Shown: positions 1-11,313, counted from the stretch's first letter. The stretch: 64,000 bases of DNA from Deltaproteobacteria bacterium (GCA_016218805.1 JACRCW010000039.1:1-64000), one strand, 5' to 3'. The notes: a model not told the origin generated them from the letters alone. A program made the numbers and translations.

Positions 1-1
1 C

Positions 2-115
2 ACACGGCGCTATCCGACTGGAACCAAGGTCCCAGACGAAATACTTGACAGCGTCGAACTCAAACGCAATCGTTTCCATGGTGATTGGAACTACACGATT
101 TCACCGTCAACTTGA
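2..115 (+). mobile_element. 3' end of ISAzo13-family transposase (partial, runs off window start)
   Basis: Frame from nt 2 reads TRRYPTGTKVPDEILDSVELKRNRFHGDWNYTISPST*, matching the typical ISAzo13 C-terminus (Y..G.KV.D......FHG.WNYTI.P). The AT-rich stretch at about 117-138 is the likely right terminal inverted repeat. Confidence 0.85.
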
Positions 116-142
116 TCCAGTTATTGTTTTCCATTTCCTAAC

Positions 143-730
143 GTGCTGGCGACTCCGGCGGAGCCCTTATCTGTTGGAGTTGCGCACCTGGTCGACGAAC
201 AGAATGAACAAGGCGAGGCGTTCCGTGTCGTCGAGGATCCAGGACAACCGCCCACGCCGGAGTTGTCCGTCACGGGCGGGTCGTTGCCTCCCGTGCCATC
301 TATGGACACATGTGGGCAGCGGGAGTGGGACCTGCGCATCGCGATAACAAATGCCCGTGCCGCAGACCGCGCAGACATTTGGATTGTGCGAGGGGAGAAC
401 TTGCCACGCTACGCGGATGTCACGCCGGACCTGGAGCGAGCGAACGAATACCACGAACCCAATTACCTCGTTGTCACGGACGTGGGTTCAGGCCTTCAGG
501 TGAACAACGGGGAACGACTCAGGGTGGGAGTCCGAATGGTCAGCGTCGCGGGCGTGGCGTCTGAGGTCGTGACGTCGGATTACGTGATCGTCGGAGTGCC
601 GTCTGGGTGTGCCTGCCGCACCACGGGCAGCTGGTCTGACGGCGGAGTGTTGGCTGCCGCCGCCATCGCGTGGGGAACGGCCAGGCGGCTTCGCCGTCGG
701 GGCGTGCGGCGTCCGCTGCCGGCGGCTTGA
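143..730 (+). pseudogene. 3' portion of a MYXO-CTERM-type surface protein, probably truncated by the IS
   Basis: Ends in GCAC...hydrophobic stretch...RRLRRR. No signal peptide, and the frame starts immediately after the IS end. Confidence 0.55.
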
Positions 731-912
731 AGACGGTCTTGTGCTGTGTCCCCGAATCCGGGAGACACAGGAAGGGCGTCTCATTGGGAACGTCCAAGCG
801 CTCTGACTGACGCCAGTCGGGATTGGTCACGTCCGTCATCATTCAAGCCCGGACCGCAGCCCAATGGAACCGGGGCACAGACGAACACCAGGGACAACAC
901 GCGGCGCATCAT

Positions 913-1683
913 TCACGGCCCTCCTGAGTCACTGCCAGCATCGGCGAGACCACCATCTGCCGGCGCGACGCAGCGATACGCATATGATGCGGGGTCTACA
1001 CAGCGTGTACCACCGTCCAGCGAATCATCGGCAACGCAATACGGGTCGCGAACGGGAGATCGGCGGAGCGACTCCATTGCCTGGGTGCGAGCGTCGGAAA
1101 CGGAATATCTGAGGTATGACTTCGGGAACCCACGACCAGCATTGGGTCCGCCATCTACGTAGACCCACCCGCTCGTCCAGATGGTGTTCAAGTCCGCAAG
1201 TCGTGTGTCATCGGTGGCGTCAATGACAAACGCCCGACGTGCTCCGCGGACGTAGGCCACCGGGACGTCTGACAACCCGCAAAGGGGATATGCTGCCCGT
1301 TTCTCAACATTGAAAGCTACGACTGCGCGCGGCGGAGCACCATGCGTGAACAGCTCCAGGTAGCTCCACGTGTCATCAGGGGCGACCAGTGTGTCTGCGG
1401 CGAGATGCCCGGCCCACGTCTCAACGACTGTCAATCGGATTTGTTCCCCAGCCCGTGGCCACTGAAAGCTCCCATGCGTGGGCTTGGCACACGTCGTCGC
1501 CTCAGGACAAAGACCGGCGGGCGACAGCGCAACTACCCCAACAAATGGCGCAAGATCGAGCGCCGCCTCGTCAGCAAAGGGCGGTTCATCGGGCGCGGGG
1601 CCCGGGGCGCATTGGTCGTACAGGCAGCCGGAGGCAGCCAGCGCCAACATCACCCAATGCCGCCTAGTCCAAACACCGCGCAT
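913..1683 (-). CDS. Hypothetical lipoprotein
   Basis: MRGVWTRRHWVMLALAASGC lipobox; C-terminal Cys residues and DGG/DAG tail. Start is approximate. Confidence 0.6.
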   Translation of the reverse strand: MRGVWTRRHWVMLALAASGCLYDQCAPGPAPDEPPFADEAALDLAPFVGVVALSPAGLCPEATTCAKPTHGSFQWPRAGEQIRLTVVETWAGHLAADTLVAPDDTWSYLELFTHGAPPRAVVAFNVEKRAAYPLCGLSDVPVAYVRGARRAFVIDATDDTRLADLNTIWTSGWVYVDGGPNAGRGFPKSYLRYSVSDARTQAMESLRRSPVRDPYCVADDSLDGGTRCVDPASYAYRCVAPADGGLADAGSDSGGP

Positions 1684-2125
1684 GCAAACCCTCCTGTGCC
1701 TGAAGTCGCTGCCGCCCGCGCGCAAACCAAGCCACAAGAACGTTCGTTGTGTGGCCCCAGCAGGTGAGGTGGCCCAACGGGCGCTCCGCCTTGGGTAACT
1801 GGCAGGCTCTCGACCAAGACCGCCGGAGGAGGGAGGGCTGTGCCGCTACGCAACCCAATGGAGCGCACCTTCCGCGAGGACATGGAGAAACACAGCGACG
1901 CTTGGGAAGGCACGCATTGCTGATGGGCCGACCGGAGAGTGGGTTGCGCTCCCCGTAGGCGGCGTTGTGGTTCGACCCAAACTCCTGGCATCCGCCGACA
2001 GCCAGACCCTTGCCGACACACCCCGCCATTGGCACCCTCCCCGTCCCTGCTGTGAAGCGGACCTGATGGTACCCCAGCGGGTCTATGAAGTCGCATGGGA
2101 CCGGTGAACGCGTGGAATCCAATCC

Positions 2126-3907
2126 TCACCGCCCCGGCGTGGCCAGGGGGAGGGTGAAGGCCACGGCGTGACCACCGTCCGTCGGCGTTTCCAGCCAAAT
2201 CTGCCCGCCCTGCTGCTCCACCAGGCAGCGCGCCAGCGCAAGCCCCAGGCCCGCGTCACCTTCGGGCTGGTAGGGGCCCAGCAGCTCAAAGGCGCGGTCG
2301 CGCTCGCCGGGTGGGGGACCCTCCCCGCCGGCCACCGCAAACACCGCCATGCCGCCCGTGGGCGTGCGGCTGGCCAGGCGTACCGACGGCGGGCGCGCGG
2401 GCGGCGTGGAGCCCAGGGCCGCCAGCACCAGCGTGCGCAGCAGCAGGCGCGCGGCCGCGGGGTCACACCGCACGCGGGGCGTGGAGGAGGGCGCCTCCAC
2501 CCGCGCGCTGCGCTGCCGCAGCGGCAGGGCCTCCTCCTCCAGCACCGTCTGCCAGGCCTCGCGCAGGTCCACGTCTGTGGCGGCCGCCTTGCGCGTGGCC
2601 ACCTGCGCGTAGACCGCCAGGTCCGCCAGCAGGCGCTGCAGGCGGCGTCCCGCGCGCAACAGGCGCTCCCGGGTTTCCACGGGTGCGCCGCCCGCCAGGC
2701 CGGCCAGCCCGTGGACCGCCGCCAGCGGCGCCTGGACGTGCTCCACCAGGTTGTCCAGCGTGCGGGCAAGCTCGCGGGCGGGCAGCGCCCCGGAGGACGG
2801 GCCCGGGCCGGTCTCACCCACCGCCACCGCCAGACGCTCGTCGCCCTCGGCGTAGAACCGCGCCAGGGTGAGGCGCGCGCCAAACGGCGCCCCGCCGCGG
2901 CGCAACAGCACCACCGGGAGGTCATCCACGCGGCCCACCGCCCGCACGCGCTCCATCACACGGTCAAACTCGCCGCGGTCCGCAAACAGCTGTGACACCC
3001 GCACCGCGCCGCCCAGGAACTCCTCGCGTGAGTGGCCGAACACGCGCGTGGCGCCGGCGTTGACTTCGTGGAACGCGCCGTCCGTGGTGCCCATCACCCC
3101 CAGCGCGCACGGCGTGACCTCCAGCAGCACGCGCGCGCGGCGGTCCGCCCGGCGCAGCTCGCGCAGCACCTGGGCGTGGGCGGTGACCTCGCGGATGACG
3201 GCAAACGCACCCACCCCCGTGCCGTCTTCCGTGACAAAGGTGGTCAGGCAGAACTCCAGGTGCCGGGGGGTGCGCTCCGGGCCCTCCAGGACGGCCTGGT
3301 GGATGCCCTCCAGCGGCGTGGTGGCATCCAGGGACAGCAGGTCAAACAGCGTGGTGGCGTAGATGTCATCCAGCGAGCGGCCCAGCAGGGCGGCCGCGTA
3401 GGCGCTGCAAAGCACGGTGCGGCCCTGCAAGTCCCCCAGCCAGAAGCCGGTGCGGGCATGCTCCAGCAGGTCCCACAGCGGGCGGTCCGGGGCCAGCGCG
3501 CGGGCCGCGCCCCCGCGCGCGTGCTGGCGCGTCTCCGGGATGCGCCGCAGCCGCAGGACGGACACCGTCAGGCCCTGGACCAGCAGGGTCACCACGGACG
3601 TCTCCGCCTCCGGGGCGCCCACGGGGCGCAGCACCAGCTCCGCGGGCTCGTGCCCGGGGTCGCCAAAGCGGTCCAGCTCTTCGCGCTGGGCCGGGTCACA
3701 CAGGTCCCAGATGGCCTTGCCGCGCAGCGCCGGATCATCCTGGCCCAGGTACTCCTTGAACGCCGTGTTGGCATACACAATCCGCCCGCTGCGCAGGACC
3801 ACCACCGGGTGCGCGGCACCGTCAAACAGCGCGGGCAGCTCGCGGTGGTAGGCGCCCGCCGCGACGGTGGTTCCCAGTGCGGGGGTGGACGTTTTGTCGC
3901 TGGCCAA
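2126..3907 (-). CDS. Multi-PAS sensor with degenerate histidine-kinase module
   Basis: Three PAS-like segments ([34 protein letters not shown]) and a G2 box GLGLALAR...GGQIWLE. H, N and G1 boxes are altered. Confidence 0.8.
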   Translation of the reverse strand: MASDKTSTPALGTTVAAGAYHRELPALFDGAAHPVVVLRSGRIVYANTAFKEYLGQDDPALRGKAIWDLCDPAQREELDRFGDPGHEPAELVLRPVGAPEAETSVVTLLVQGLTVSVLRLRRIPETRQHARGGAARALAPDRPLWDLLEHARTGFWLGDLQGRTVLCSAYAAALLGRSLDDIYATTLFDLLSLDATTPLEGIHQAVLEGPERTPRHLEFCLTTFVTEDGTGVGAFAVIREVTAHAQVLRELRRADRRARVLLEVTPCALGVMGTTDGAFHEVNAGATRVFGHSREEFLGGAVRVSQLFADRGEFDRVMERVRAVGRVDDLPVVLLRRGGAPFGARLTLARFYAEGDERLAVAVGETGPGPSSGALPARELARTLDNLVEHVQAPLAAVHGLAGLAGGAPVETRERLLRAGRRLQRLLADLAVYAQVATRKAAATDVDLREAWQTVLEEEALPLRQRSARVEAPSSTPRVRCDPAAARLLLRTLVLAALGSTPPARPPSVRLASRTPTGGMAVFAVAGGEGPPPGERDRAFELLGPYQPEGDAGLGLALARCLVEQQGGQIWLETPTDGGHAVAFTLPLATPGR

Positions 3908-4001
3908 GCACCCCTCCGGGTGCGCCCCTCATAGCAGACCGGCTCACGTCTGCGCCGGTCCCCGCGCCACGCTATCTCCGGGGTCCCGCCGAGGTCCCCC
4001 C

Positions 4002-6074
4002 ATGCCCAACCGGCTTGCCCGCGAATCCAGTCCCTACCTGCGCCAGCACATGCACAACCCCGTGGACTGGTACCCGTGGGGGGACGAGGCGCTCACCGCC
4101 GCGCGCACCGCGGACCGGCCCATCCTGCTGTCCGTGGGGTATGCCGCCTGCCACTGGTGTCACGTCATGGAGCACGAGAGCTTTGAAGACGGGGCGACCG
4201 CAGCGCTGATGAATGAGCGGTTTGTGAACATCAAGGTGGACCGAGAGGAGCGGCCGGACCTGGACCACCTGTACATGGCCGCCTGCCAGCTGTTCACCGG
4301 CGCCGGCGGCTGGCCGCTGACGGTTTTCCTCACGCCGGACCTTCGCCCGTTCTTTGCCGGCTCCTACTTTCCGCCGGATGACCGCTACGGGCGCCCGGGT
4401 TTTCCGCGGGTGTTGCGCGCCCTGTCAGACGCGTGGCGCAATGACCGGAACGACGTCACCGAGCAGGCTGCGCGCTTCCTGCAGTCGCTGTCCGGGCTGG
4501 CGGACGGCCCGGCCGCGGGCCGCGGCGCACAGGTGGACGCCGGCACGGTGACCCGCGCGGCCGGCAGCCTGCTGCGCCGGCTGGACCCGCGCCACGGCGG
4601 GTTTGGCGGCGCGCCCAAGTTCCCGCACGCCCAGGAGCTGCGGGTGCTGGAACTGGCCGCGCGGCGCGGCCATGAGGCGGCGGGGAAGGCCTCGCTGTTG
4701 ACGTTGGCCTGCATGTCTGACGGTGGCATTCACGACCAGCTGGGCGGCGGGTTCCACCGCTACAGCGTGGACGAGCGCTGGGCGGTGCCGCACTTTGAGA
4801 AGATGCTGTACGACAACGCGCTGCTCCCGTGCGCGCTGCTGGCGGCCTACCGGCGCACCGGGGAGCCGTGGCTGGCGGACGTGGTGCGCGGCACGTTGGG
4901 GTGGGTGGCGCGGGAGATGACCGCGCCAGGCGGCGGGCTCTTTGCCAGCCAGGACGCGGACAGTGAAGGCCACGAGGGGAAATACTTTGTGTGGCGCCCC
5001 GCGGAGGTTCGCGCGGTGCTGGGCGACGACGACGCCCGGGCGTTCATCCTGCGCCACGGCGTGGACGAGCGGGGGAACTTTGAGGACGGTGCCACCGTGC
5101 TGCACGTGGCGGCGGGATGGCCGGAGGTGGCCCGGGAGCTGGGCTGGTCCGTGGAGGACACGCAACGCCGGTTGGCGCTGGCGCGGGAGGCCATGCTGCG
5201 GGCGCGGCAGGCGCGCGTGGCCCCCGCCACGGATGACAAGGTGCTGGCCGGCTGGAACGGCCTGATGGTGAGCACCCTGTGTGACGCCGGCACCACGCTG
5301 GGCGACGCGGCGCTGCTGGACGCGGCGCGGCGCGCGCTGGACTTTGTGCTGGGCTCCATGCGGGCGGACGACGGGGGACTGCTGCGCGTGCACGCGGCCG
5401 GCACCGCGCGCATTCCGGGGTTCCTGGAGGACTACGCCGCGGTGGCCACGGCGGCCTGTGACCAGCACCGGGCCACCGGCGAGTCGCGCTGGCTGCAGGC
5501 CGCGCGCGAACTGGGCGACCAGATCCTGGCGCGCTTCGCGTCCGAGGACGGGTGCGGGTTCTTTGCCACGGAGGCGGGCCGCGCGGACGTCATCATCCGC
5601 TCCCGTTCCACCGCGGATGACTCGGTGCCGTCAGGCACGGCGCTGGCCGCCGGGGCGCTGGCCTACACGGGCGCGCTGTGCGGGCTGGCCGCGCACGCCG
5701 CGGCGGCTGCGCAGATCCTGGAGGCCTTCGGCGCCGAACTGGCGGCCCACCCCGGGGCGCACGCCACGCTGCTCCAGGTGGCGGACCGCGCGGTGCGCGG
5801 TGAGCCCTCCGTGGTGGTGGCGGGCCCCGGCGCGGAGGCGCTGCTGGCCGCGGCGCGTGGTCTGGCGGACCCCTCCGTTGCCGTGGTGGACGCGCGGGAT
5901 GACGCGGTGGCCCCGGCGTTGCGGTCCGGCAAGGAGGCCGTCAACGGGAAGGCGGCGGCGTATGTCTGCGCCGGGAACACCTGCCAGGCACCGGTGACTG
6001 ACATAGCCGGGCTCAAGGCCGCGCTGCGGCAGGCGGACCTGTGGGTCAGCCGGCACCCGGAGGCCGGACGTTGA
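4002..6074 (+). CDS. Thioredoxin-domain protein, YyaL/SSP411 family
   Basis: [49 protein letters not shown] and DADSEG motifs. Confidence 0.92.
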   Translation: MPNRLARESSPYLRQHMHNPVDWYPWGDEALTAARTADRPILLSVGYAACHWCHVMEHESFEDGATAALMNERFVNIKVDREERPDLDHLYMAACQLFTGAGGWPLTVFLTPDLRPFFAGSYFPPDDRYGRPGFPRVLRALSDAWRNDRNDVTEQAARFLQSLSGLADGPAAGRGAQVDAGTVTRAAGSLLRRLDPRHGGFGGAPKFPHAQELRVLELAARRGHEAAGKASLLTLACMSDGGIHDQLGGGFHRYSVDERWAVPHFEKMLYDNALLPCALLAAYRRTGEPWLADVVRGTLGWVAREMTAPGGGLFASQDADSEGHEGKYFVWRPAEVRAVLGDDDARAFILRHGVDERGNFEDGATVLHVAAGWPEVARELGWSVEDTQRRLALAREAMLRARQARVAPATDDKVLAGWNGLMVSTLCDAGTTLGDAALLDAARRALDFVLGSMRADDGGLLRVHAAGTARIPGFLEDYAAVATAACDQHRATGESRWLQAARELGDQILARFASEDGCGFFATEAGRADVIIRSRSTADDSVPSGTALAAGALAYTGALCGLAAHAAAAAQILEAFGAELAAHPGAHATLLQVADRAVRGEPSVVVAGPGAEALLAAARGLADPSVAVVDARDDAVAPALRSGKEAVNGKAAAYVCAGNTCQAPVTDIAGLKAALRQADLWVSRHPEAGR

Positions 6075-6108
6075 CCGGCGTGGGCGTGGGGCGCCAAGAA
6101 CGCGCCAC

Positions 6109-6807
6109 ATGATCCTGCACGACCACCTGCTGGAGGACCTGCCCGAGCGAGTGCGCGAGGTGGCGGTCCGCGTGCGTGACCTCATCCTGAGCCTGGGTAC
6201 CGGCGTCACCGAACAGCTGCGCGGCAAAGCGGTGGAGTTTGGTGCACCCGGCCGGCTGGCGCGGCTGACGGCGGACCGCGGGGGCGTGACCCTCACGCTG
6301 TTTGGCCCGCTGCCCTCTCCGCTGCATGACCGGCACGGCAAGCTGCGGCCCGCCGGGAAGGGTGCGGAGATCCGGCTGGGCTCCACCGCGGACCTGGATG
6401 ACGAGCTGCGGCGCCTGCTGCGCGACACCTACGCGCGGATGCACGCCGTGGGTTCGCCGGAGCGCCGCCACGTGGACGTGAAGTCCGCCGTCCCGCCGGC
6501 GCTGCGGGAGCCGCTGGAGAACTTCTCCCGGACGCTCCGGCTGTGGGTGCACGCGCTCCAGGTGGCCGAGAAAATGGAGCGCCAACGCCAGCTGCAGGAG
6601 TCCCGCGCCGGACAGAAGCGCAGCCACAAGAAGAAGGCGCCGGCCGTGCCCCCGCCGCTGCCGCTGCCGGAGGAGATCCCCGCGCCGCCGGAGCGCACCC
6701 CGCCGCCACCCCCCCGCGCTCCGGCAAAGAAGCCCGCCGCCCGCAAGGCCACGGCGAAGAAGACCCAGCGCCCTCCGGCCGCGCGCCGCCGCACACGGAC
6801 CCGCTGA
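6109..6807 (+). CDS. Hypothetical protein with DUF1801-like N-terminus and basic Pro/Lys tail
   Basis: Core-like codon usage; follows yyaL closely; ..VRDLILSL...VTEQL..LHD..GKL..GKG pattern. Confidence 0.55.
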   Translation: MILHDHLLEDLPERVREVAVRVRDLILSLGTGVTEQLRGKAVEFGAPGRLARLTADRGGVTLTLFGPLPSPLHDRHGKLRPAGKGAEIRLGSTADLDDELRRLLRDTYARMHAVGSPERRHVDVKSAVPPALREPLENFSRTLRLWVHALQVAEKMERQRQLQESRAGQKRSHKKKAPAVPPPLPLPEEIPAPPERTPPPPPRAPAKKPAARKATAKKTQRPPAARRRTRTR

Positions 6808-6810
6808 GAC

Positions 6811-7779
6811 TCACGGGACCGCCAGCCCGTCCACTTCCATCCGCCCATCCGCCCAGGCGCTCACGCGCACCGTGGAGCCGCGCACGGAATCCGGCGGCCA
6901 CGGGGTCACCGCGGTGCACCGTGACGTCGTCGCGGTGATGCCCTCACCGGTGGCAAACAGCAGCGGCCCGGACTGCTCCAGCCGCTGCATCACCGTGGGG
7001 CTGGGATGGCAGTACGTGTTGTCCGTCCCCGCGGAGATCACCGCCGCGCGCGGGGTCCACGCTGCCAGCGCCGGCGTGGCGGTGCTGGTGAGCGACCCGT
7101 GGTGGTCCACCTTCAGCAGGTCCACCCGGCCCGTGTACCGCGCCACCGGCGTTTCCACGTCCGCCGTGCCTTCCCCGCCGCCCGTCAGGTCCCCGCCCAG
7201 GAACGCGCGGAAATCGCCGTGCTCAACGAGAAATGCCACGGAGCGGCTGTTCTCATCCGTGGTGGTCACGTGGGACCCGTCCGGCAGCGCCCCGTTCACC
7301 GCCACGCACGTCATGGTCACCCCGCCCAGCTGCAACTCCTGCCCCGGCTCCATGACGCTGACCCGCCCCCGGCTCACCTGGCGCCACTTCTCGCACGTCT
7401 GGCTGGTGCAGGTGTGGTCATCGCCGTAGTCCCACAGCGCAGCGCCCGGTGCGCCGTCATCCGCGGTGTTCGCCAGCCGGTCAGGCCCCAGCATGAAGTC
7501 CGCCAGCCCGGCCAGGTGGTCCGCGTCATAATGGGTGACCACAACGTGATCCACGCGTCCTTTGGACTCCTCCATGACCGCCGCCGCCACCGCGTCCGCC
7601 CGGCCAATGCCGCCGCCGTCAATCAGCACCGTGGTGCCATCCGGGCCGATCACCAGCGTGCAGTCTCCCTGCCCCACGTCCACCGCGATGATGCGCAACT
7701 CAGCGCCTGACCCGCCGCCGCCGGGCGGTGGCGGCTGGCAGGAGGCCGCGCAGAGGGCCAACCACACGCCACGCTTCAA
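6811..7779 (-). CDS. ComEC/Rec2-like metallo-beta-lactamase-fold hydrolase, lipoprotein
   Basis: DVGQGD, THYDADH, LGGD, LKVDHHGS and HP motifs; AASC lipobox. Confidence 0.88.
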   Translation of the reverse strand: MKRGVWLALCAASCQPPPPGGGGSGAELRIIAVDVGQGDCTLVIGPDGTTVLIDGGGIGRADAVAAAVMEESKGRVDHVVVTHYDADHLAGLADFMLGPDRLANTADDGAPGAALWDYGDDHTCTSQTCEKWRQVSRGRVSVMEPGQELQLGGVTMTCVAVNGALPDGSHVTTTDENSRSVAFLVEHGDFRAFLGGDLTGGGEGTADVETPVARYTGRVDLLKVDHHGSLTSTATPALAAWTPRAAVISAGTDNTYCHPSPTVMQRLEQSGPLLFATGEGITATTSRCTAVTPWPPDSVRGSTVRVSAWADGRMEVDGLAVP

Positions 7780-9410
7780 GGGAACTCCACGCGGAGGCTG
7801 TATTCCACGCCGGTCACCTGGGTGCTGGTCACCAGCGCGTAATACGTATCGCCCGGCAGCACGGCCACTTCTGCCCGCGTGGTGTCCAGCCCGCCCGCCG
7901 CACCGGCCGGGACCCCGTCCGCCAGGCGCAACCCGCCGGACGAGAACAGCGCCACCGAGACGACCTCACCCACCGCGCAGCTCGCGGTGGCCACCAGCGT
8001 GCCGGCGGCCGGCGCCTGGAACAGGAACAGGTCGTAATCGCCCTCGCACGTGCGCAGGCCGTTGCCCGGCAGCGCCCCAAACACGCCCGGCAGCGACACC
8101 ACCACGTCCGTGGCCCGGTTGTTGGGCTCCAGCAGGTCCACACCGCACGCGGGCGTGGGACCGCCCACGGGCAGACCGCTGCCACCATCCGCACCCCCAT
8201 CGGTCACGGACGCGTCGGCGGCGCCAGCGTCGTCAGCGGGCACCGCGCCGTCCGGTGGGCCCGCGTCAGACGGCACTGCGGCGTCCGTGCCACCCGCGTC
8301 CACGGGGGCTGCGTCCGGCGCGGAAGCGTCCCCTGGCGGGCCGCCGTCGGATGCGTCGGCAGGGCCACCGTCAGCGGGTGGCGGGTGGCCGGCGTCACGC
8401 GGGCAGAAGGGCCGCGCCGCGCACGCGGTGTCGGAGGTGTCCACGCCACAGGACCACGCGTAGTCCACGCACAGCGCCGGGAGCGCCGGGGACTGGCAGC
8501 ACGGATCGGTGAAGCAGGCGGGGGCCGTGCCGGCGTCGGTGCAGCCGCCGTCGGTGAAGCAGCCGCCGCCGGGCGCGGCACCGCCGGGGCAGACCCAGCC
8601 GCCGTCCAGGCAACCCGCGGACCCGGCCGGCGGCGTCCCCCAGCACGTGCCCGGCGGGCAGGCGGTGCGGGCCACGCCGGGCACGCAGGTCCAGCCGCCC
8701 GCCGCGCATCCGGCAACGCCCAGCACCATGGGGTCCCCGCACGCCGGGTGGCAGGACGGCGCCGTGCCCTGGCAGGCGGACGAACAACGCTCCTCGGCCA
8801 CGCCCTCCGCGCACTGCCAGCGCGCGGCAATGCACGCCGCCGCGAACAACTCACCCTGTTCGCACCAGGTTGCCAGGCACTGGGCCTCGCTCCCCGGGCA
8901 CGACGCCGCGTACACGCAGCCGGGCACCACGGGCACCCCACCGTCGGCCTCGCTGCAGGCTCCCGGCGTGAAGCAGCCCGCGTCACCGGCGCTGCCGTAT
9001 TCACAGCTCCAGGTTCCTCCCGTGCACACCTGGCCCGGTGCGGGCGGGCCCCAGCATGTCTCCGTGGGACAATCCTCCACCAGGACGCCATCCGGGCACT
9101 GCCAGCGCCCGGATGCGCACGCCGGCACCGCCGTGGGCGCGGGCGCATAGTCCCCGCACGCCAGGTGGCAGGTGGGCTGCGGCGGTGCGCACGTGCCGCC
9201 GTTGGCGGACGCGTCCAACACCGTGCACTCGGGGCTGCCCGGCAGCAGGCAGCGCCCGCACGCGCAGCGCAACCCGTCCGCACACTCCCAGGACCGCGCG
9301 CAGCCGGCGCCCTCCGGGGCACCGCGCGCCGCCACCAGCGCGTCCCACGGCAGGCACCCCGCCAGCCCGAGCAGCACCAGGGCGCCCCGCAACGGAACCA
9401 ACACGCGCAC
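7776..9410 (-). CDS. Cys-rich repeat lipoprotein with DAG linker and C-terminal PPC-like domain
   Basis: LAGC lipobox, repeated C-x4-W-x-C units, and D.LEPNN...C.GD.D.F.F near the C-terminus. Stop overlaps the start of the MBL gene. Confidence 0.7.
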   Translation of the reverse strand: MRVLVPLRGALVLLGLAGCLPWDALVAARGAPEGAGCARSWECADGLRCACGRCLLPGSPECTVLDASANGGTCAPPQPTCHLACGDYAPAPTAVPACASGRWQCPDGVLVEDCPTETCWGPPAPGQVCTGGTWSCEYGSAGDAGCFTPGACSEADGGVPVVPGCVYAASCPGSEAQCLATWCEQGELFAAACIAARWQCAEGVAEERCSSACQGTAPSCHPACGDPMVLGVAGCAAGGWTCVPGVARTACPPGTCWGTPPAGSAGCLDGGWVCPGGAAPGGGCFTDGGCTDAGTAPACFTDPCCQSPALPALCVDYAWSCGVDTSDTACAARPFCPRDAGHPPPADGGPADASDGGPPGDASAPDAAPVDAGGTDAAVPSDAGPPDGAVPADDAGAADASVTDGGADGGSGLPVGGPTPACGVDLLEPNNRATDVVVSLPGVFGALPGNGLRTCEGDYDLFLFQAPAAGTLVATASCAVGEVVSVALFSSGGLRLADGVPAGAAGGLDTTRAEVAVLPGDTYYALVTSTQVTGVEYSLRVEFP

Positions 9411-9475
9411 GCAATGGGTTTTCACGACGGGGAAGTGTGTAGCACGCCCCGTGGGAGCGGCGTAGGTTGCCGCCC

Positions 9476-10645
9476 ATGAGGGACCTGCCACGGAATGTGT
9501 GGGCGCTGGGCGTGGTGTCGCTGCTGACGGACTTTGCCAGTGAGATGTGCGTGCCGCTGTTCCCGCTGCTGCTGGCGGCGTTGGGTTCTGGCGCCACGTG
9601 GCTGGGCGCCATGGAAGGCGCCGCGGATGCGGTGAGCGCGCTGGTGAAGCTGGCCGGCGGCCGCCTGAGTGACCGTCTGCCGCGGCGCAAGCCGCTGGTG
9701 CTGGCCGGGTACGCGCTGGCCGCGCTGGTGCGCCCGTTCTACGCGTGGGCGGCCGCGCCGTGGCAGGTGCTGGCCCTGCGCGCGTCAGACCGCGTGGGCA
9801 AGGGCCTGCGGACCGCGCCGCGGGACGCGCTGCTGGCGGATGCGGTGCCGCCCGAACGCCGTGCGGAGGCCTACGGGCTGCACCGCGCATTTGACCACGC
9901 CGGCGCCGTGCTGGGCCCACTGGTGGCCGCTGCCGTGCTGGCGTGGCGGCCGGACCTGGACGTGGTGCGCTGGGTCTTCCTCATCTCGCTGGTGCCGGGG
10001 GTGCTGTCCGTCGTGGCGGTGGCACTGGGCGTGCGCGAAGAGCCCCGCCTCCAACCGGCCGCGCATCACGCGGTGCAACCCGCCCCGCCGGGCCGCGGTG
10101 CGGTCCTGCTGCTGGCATTGACGGCGTGGTTCGCCGTGTTCCGCCTTCCGGAGGTCCTGTTCCTGGCGCGGCTGTCGTCGTTGGGAGCGGGCGGCGCGTG
10201 GCTGCCGCTGGCGTGGAGCGCCATGCACGTGGTCAAGAGCGCCACCGGCCGGCCCATGGGCGCGTGGGCGGACCGCGCGGGCCCGGAACGCGCGCTCCCG
10301 TTGGGATACGCCCTGTACGGTGTGACCGTGCTGTGGGCGTTCTCCGTCCATGACGCGCGTTGGCTGCTGGCTGCCATGCTGGTGTTTGCATTGCACCACG
10401 GGCTCACGGAAGGCGTGGAAAAGGCGCTGCTGAGCCGGTTGTGGCCGCCGGAGTCTCGCGGGACGGGATTTGGCGTGTATCACGGGCTGGTGGCGCTGCT
10501 GGCACTGCCCGCCGGGGCCGGCCAGGGGTGGCTGCTGGAGCACGTGGGCGCCCAGGCGCTGGGGAGCGTTCTCGCCGCCGGAGCCGCGGTGGCGTTTCTG
10601 GGAGCCAAGGCGGCGTCAGCGCGGCTGCGCGGCGCCGCACCCTGA
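9476..10645 (+). CDS. MFS transporter
   Basis: GRLSDRLPRRK motif A, DRVGKGLRTAPRDALLAD, about 12 hydrophobic segments. Confidence 0.9.
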   Translation: MRDLPRNVWALGVVSLLTDFASEMCVPLFPLLLAALGSGATWLGAMEGAADAVSALVKLAGGRLSDRLPRRKPLVLAGYALAALVRPFYAWAAAPWQVLALRASDRVGKGLRTAPRDALLADAVPPERRAEAYGLHRAFDHAGAVLGPLVAAAVLAWRPDLDVVRWVFLISLVPGVLSVVAVALGVREEPRLQPAAHHAVQPAPPGRGAVLLLALTAWFAVFRLPEVLFLARLSSLGAGGAWLPLAWSAMHVVKSATGRPMGAWADRAGPERALPLGYALYGVTVLWAFSVHDARWLLAAMLVFALHHGLTEGVEKALLSRLWPPESRGTGFGVYHGLVALLALPAGAGQGWLLEHVGAQALGSVLAAGAAVAFLGAKAASARLRGAAP

Positions 10646-11313
10646 GCACACGGCCGGCGTGCGGGCGCGGTGGGCACACGCCCCGCCACGGCTTCCCCCC
10701 GTGTCACGCGGAACCAGGACCATGTCCCAGCGACCCGGCGTGGCCCGCCCACCGGGCCGGAGATCCACCCCCAGTGACCCGGGCATTGCCCCCCACCAGT
10801 CCGGAGGTGCCCCCAACCAACCTGGACGGCTTTCCCAGGTCAGGGGATGAACGTCCCCATGACACCTTGGGACGTTCCTATGTCGTGCGGTGTCGTTCCC
10901 CATGACACCCCTTGGCTGTCCCAGTGGCGGCACGGCCCTTCCCTGTTGTCAGGCCAGGCCCGCTCTGGGGCTGCGGCACTCGCGCGCACGACCCGGTTTC
11001 CCGATTTGACCCGGCGCGCGCTCCGTGCCGCCAGAACGCCGGTGGCCCCGGCAAACGGCATGAGCCCGAGACCGCTTTGCGGGAGTCGGTGCGGGAGCAT
11101 TCTGCCCATTCCTCCCGGAGGTGGAGGAAGCAACGGGGAGGAAGCTGCCGGCGTTGCGCCGTCAACGGCGTCGCGTGCGCCTGAGGCGCAGCAAGCTGTC
11201 TGGCGCACCCATTCCCCGCGTCGGCGGGCGCTTTCGCCAGGCGCGCCTCGAGGGCCTGTGCTCGCCAACTCGCGAAGTCTTGATCAACCCGCGATGGACC
11301 CTTGACTACAACC

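Noticed and set aside
1664..2122. 152-aa Cys-containing minus-strand ORF
   Set aside because: No recognisable family, weak coding bias, and it overlaps the next gene's start region; not called.
11220..11306. REVLINPRW, faintly like the serine-recombinase ..ILxNPxY motif, at the island's left edge
   Set aside because: Too short, and the surrounding frame gives no support.
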